DNA of 64,000 nt, from positions 1-64,000 of IMG/VR virus record IMGVR_UViG_2974506496_000001; one strand, 5' to 3'. Source of the DNA: a virus (taxonomy: Duplodnaviria; Caudoviricetes). A program made the translations under genes and the position numbers. This document shows positions 63,042-64,000 of the stretch, one piece after another. Under the pieces are notes generated by a model that saw only the letters and a list, made by a program, of their open reading frames with translations, was not told the DNA's origin and did not search any database. Numbering within the stretch: the stretch's first letter is position 1; each line of letters begins with the position of its first letter.

Positions 63042-64000
63042 ATGACAGATAGCACTACAGCGCAGAGCCAGACCGTGACGTTAGACCAAGTCATCGCGTC
63101 AGGCGGCCAGATTGTCTTCCTGGACAATGGGCAACTGAAAAGCTTTCCTGTCTCTCAGATCACTGACTTACTGAAAAGCGGCATGTCTACTGACGTGTTG
63201 GGTCAGGCTGATTCTCTGAGTATGTTTGGTCAAGTGGAGTCGTTCGAGGCTCTACGTAAGCTTAAGCCACAGAAAGAAGGTGCACGCATCTCTCTTCGTG
63301 GCTGGAACAAAGGCAGTTGTCTGGGTGGCGGTGAGTTCATTGGTCATCTCGTCACCAAAGATCTTAAAGCCCGTCCAGATGATGGCGGTATGATTGCAGC
63401 CGGTAGCGGGTTCTTCTGGGAACGTGTGTGCTCAGATTGCGGGCAAATGAATGTCACTCACTTCGGTGCGCTTCCTGGCGCCACTGCAGCGACTGATTGC
63501 GTGCCAGCAATGACCGCCATGCTGAACTGGAGTAATGCCAACGCTGTTGGTTTAGGAATTCAATTCCCAGCCGGTACTTTCTTCGCTTCCAGTTTAAAGT
63601 TCACCAAAGAGATCGGGTATTTCCGTATCGCCGGTAACCACATCAACTTTGGTTATTTTGCTAACACGGTATTGGTGAGTGACGCTACTGAAAACTTTAT
63701 GTTGGATGTTGCGGCCCGTCGGGTTGAGTTGGCAAACATCATCTTCCGCGGTGTGAGTACTACTGAGAAGCCGAATAAGAAAGGGATCTTTAATAACATC
63801 GTCATTGGTGGTCAGTACTTCAACATGACCTGTGTGCGGTTTGAGAAAATCGGCGGGACCTGTGTTAATCTGATCGATACTCTCGATACCAAGATGACAC
63901 AATGGTACGCGTCACAATGTACTGGTGATGTGATCGTTAACAAATGGTCCGATCGTCAGGCAGGTGGCTGGAACCATACCACTGCTGTTGAAATGACCAA
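63042..64000 (+). CDS. AmsF/WceF-like tailspike-fold exopolysaccharide-modifying protein (truncated by window end; absent from ORF track)
   Basis: Manual translation: GQVESFEALRKLKP, GGGEFIG, DDGG, FWERV, HFGA, IQFPAGTFF, NFGYF, matching my recollection of Erwinia AmsF; GAGGA RBS. Confidence 0.75.
   Translation, partial: MTDSTTAQSQTVTLDQVIASGGQIVFLDNGQLKSFPVSQITDLLKSGMSTDVLGQADSLSMFGQVESFEALRKLKPQKEGARISLRGWNKGSCLGGGEFIGHLVTKDLKARPDDGGMIAAGSGFFWERVCSDCGQMNVTHFGALPGATAATDCVPAMTAMLNWSNANAVGLGIQFPAGTFFASSLKFTKEIGYFRIAGNHINFGYFANTVLVSDATENFMLDVAARRVELANIIFRGVSTTEKPNKKGIFNNIVIGGQYFNMTCVRFEKIGGTCVNLIDTLDTKMTQWYASQCTGDVIVNKWSDRQAGGWNHTTAVEMT

Noticed and set aside
1-64000. CRISPR array, tRNA or rRNA genes
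   Set aside because: No regularly spaced direct repeats; no canonical tRNA D/T-loop consensus or rRNA signature seen by eye.

Overview
This 64-kb window looks like part of a phiKZ-like (nucleus-forming, Chimalliviridae-type) jumbo phage genome. The host is probably Erwinia/Pantoea, because an AmsF/WceF-like gene is cut off at the right edge. All identifications come from motif recognition and recalled synteny, not from database searches. Bases 1-31 kb hold conserved core genes: non-virion RNAP beta-N, a Gln-rich protein, portal, baseplate and tail-fibre paralogs, RuvC, a holin candidate, overlapping spanins, a baseplate spike and an SbcC/Rad50 ATPase. Bases 31-64 kb are a co-directional accessory region: signal-peptide endolysin, GNAT, SspB, TPM/LemA-like membrane pair, RtcB, Kelch protein, Ntn-hydrolase pair, DEDDh exonuclease, ThyA, ART-like and HD proteins, and many tandem paralogs. 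Four observations stand out. (1) A dispersed intergenic element, a GC-rich hairpin of variable sequence followed by a conserved TTATGCCG, occurs at 15 sites. It is mirrored on both strands at all three convergent gene junctions and brackets small gene cassettes. (2) A protein at 59009-59710 carries a stand-alone, non-catalytic fragment of RNA polymerase beta-prime (switch 2 plus dock). (3) Two candidate structured ncRNAs. (4) Several apparent pseudo-enzymes. No tRNA, rRNA or CRISPR array was seen.
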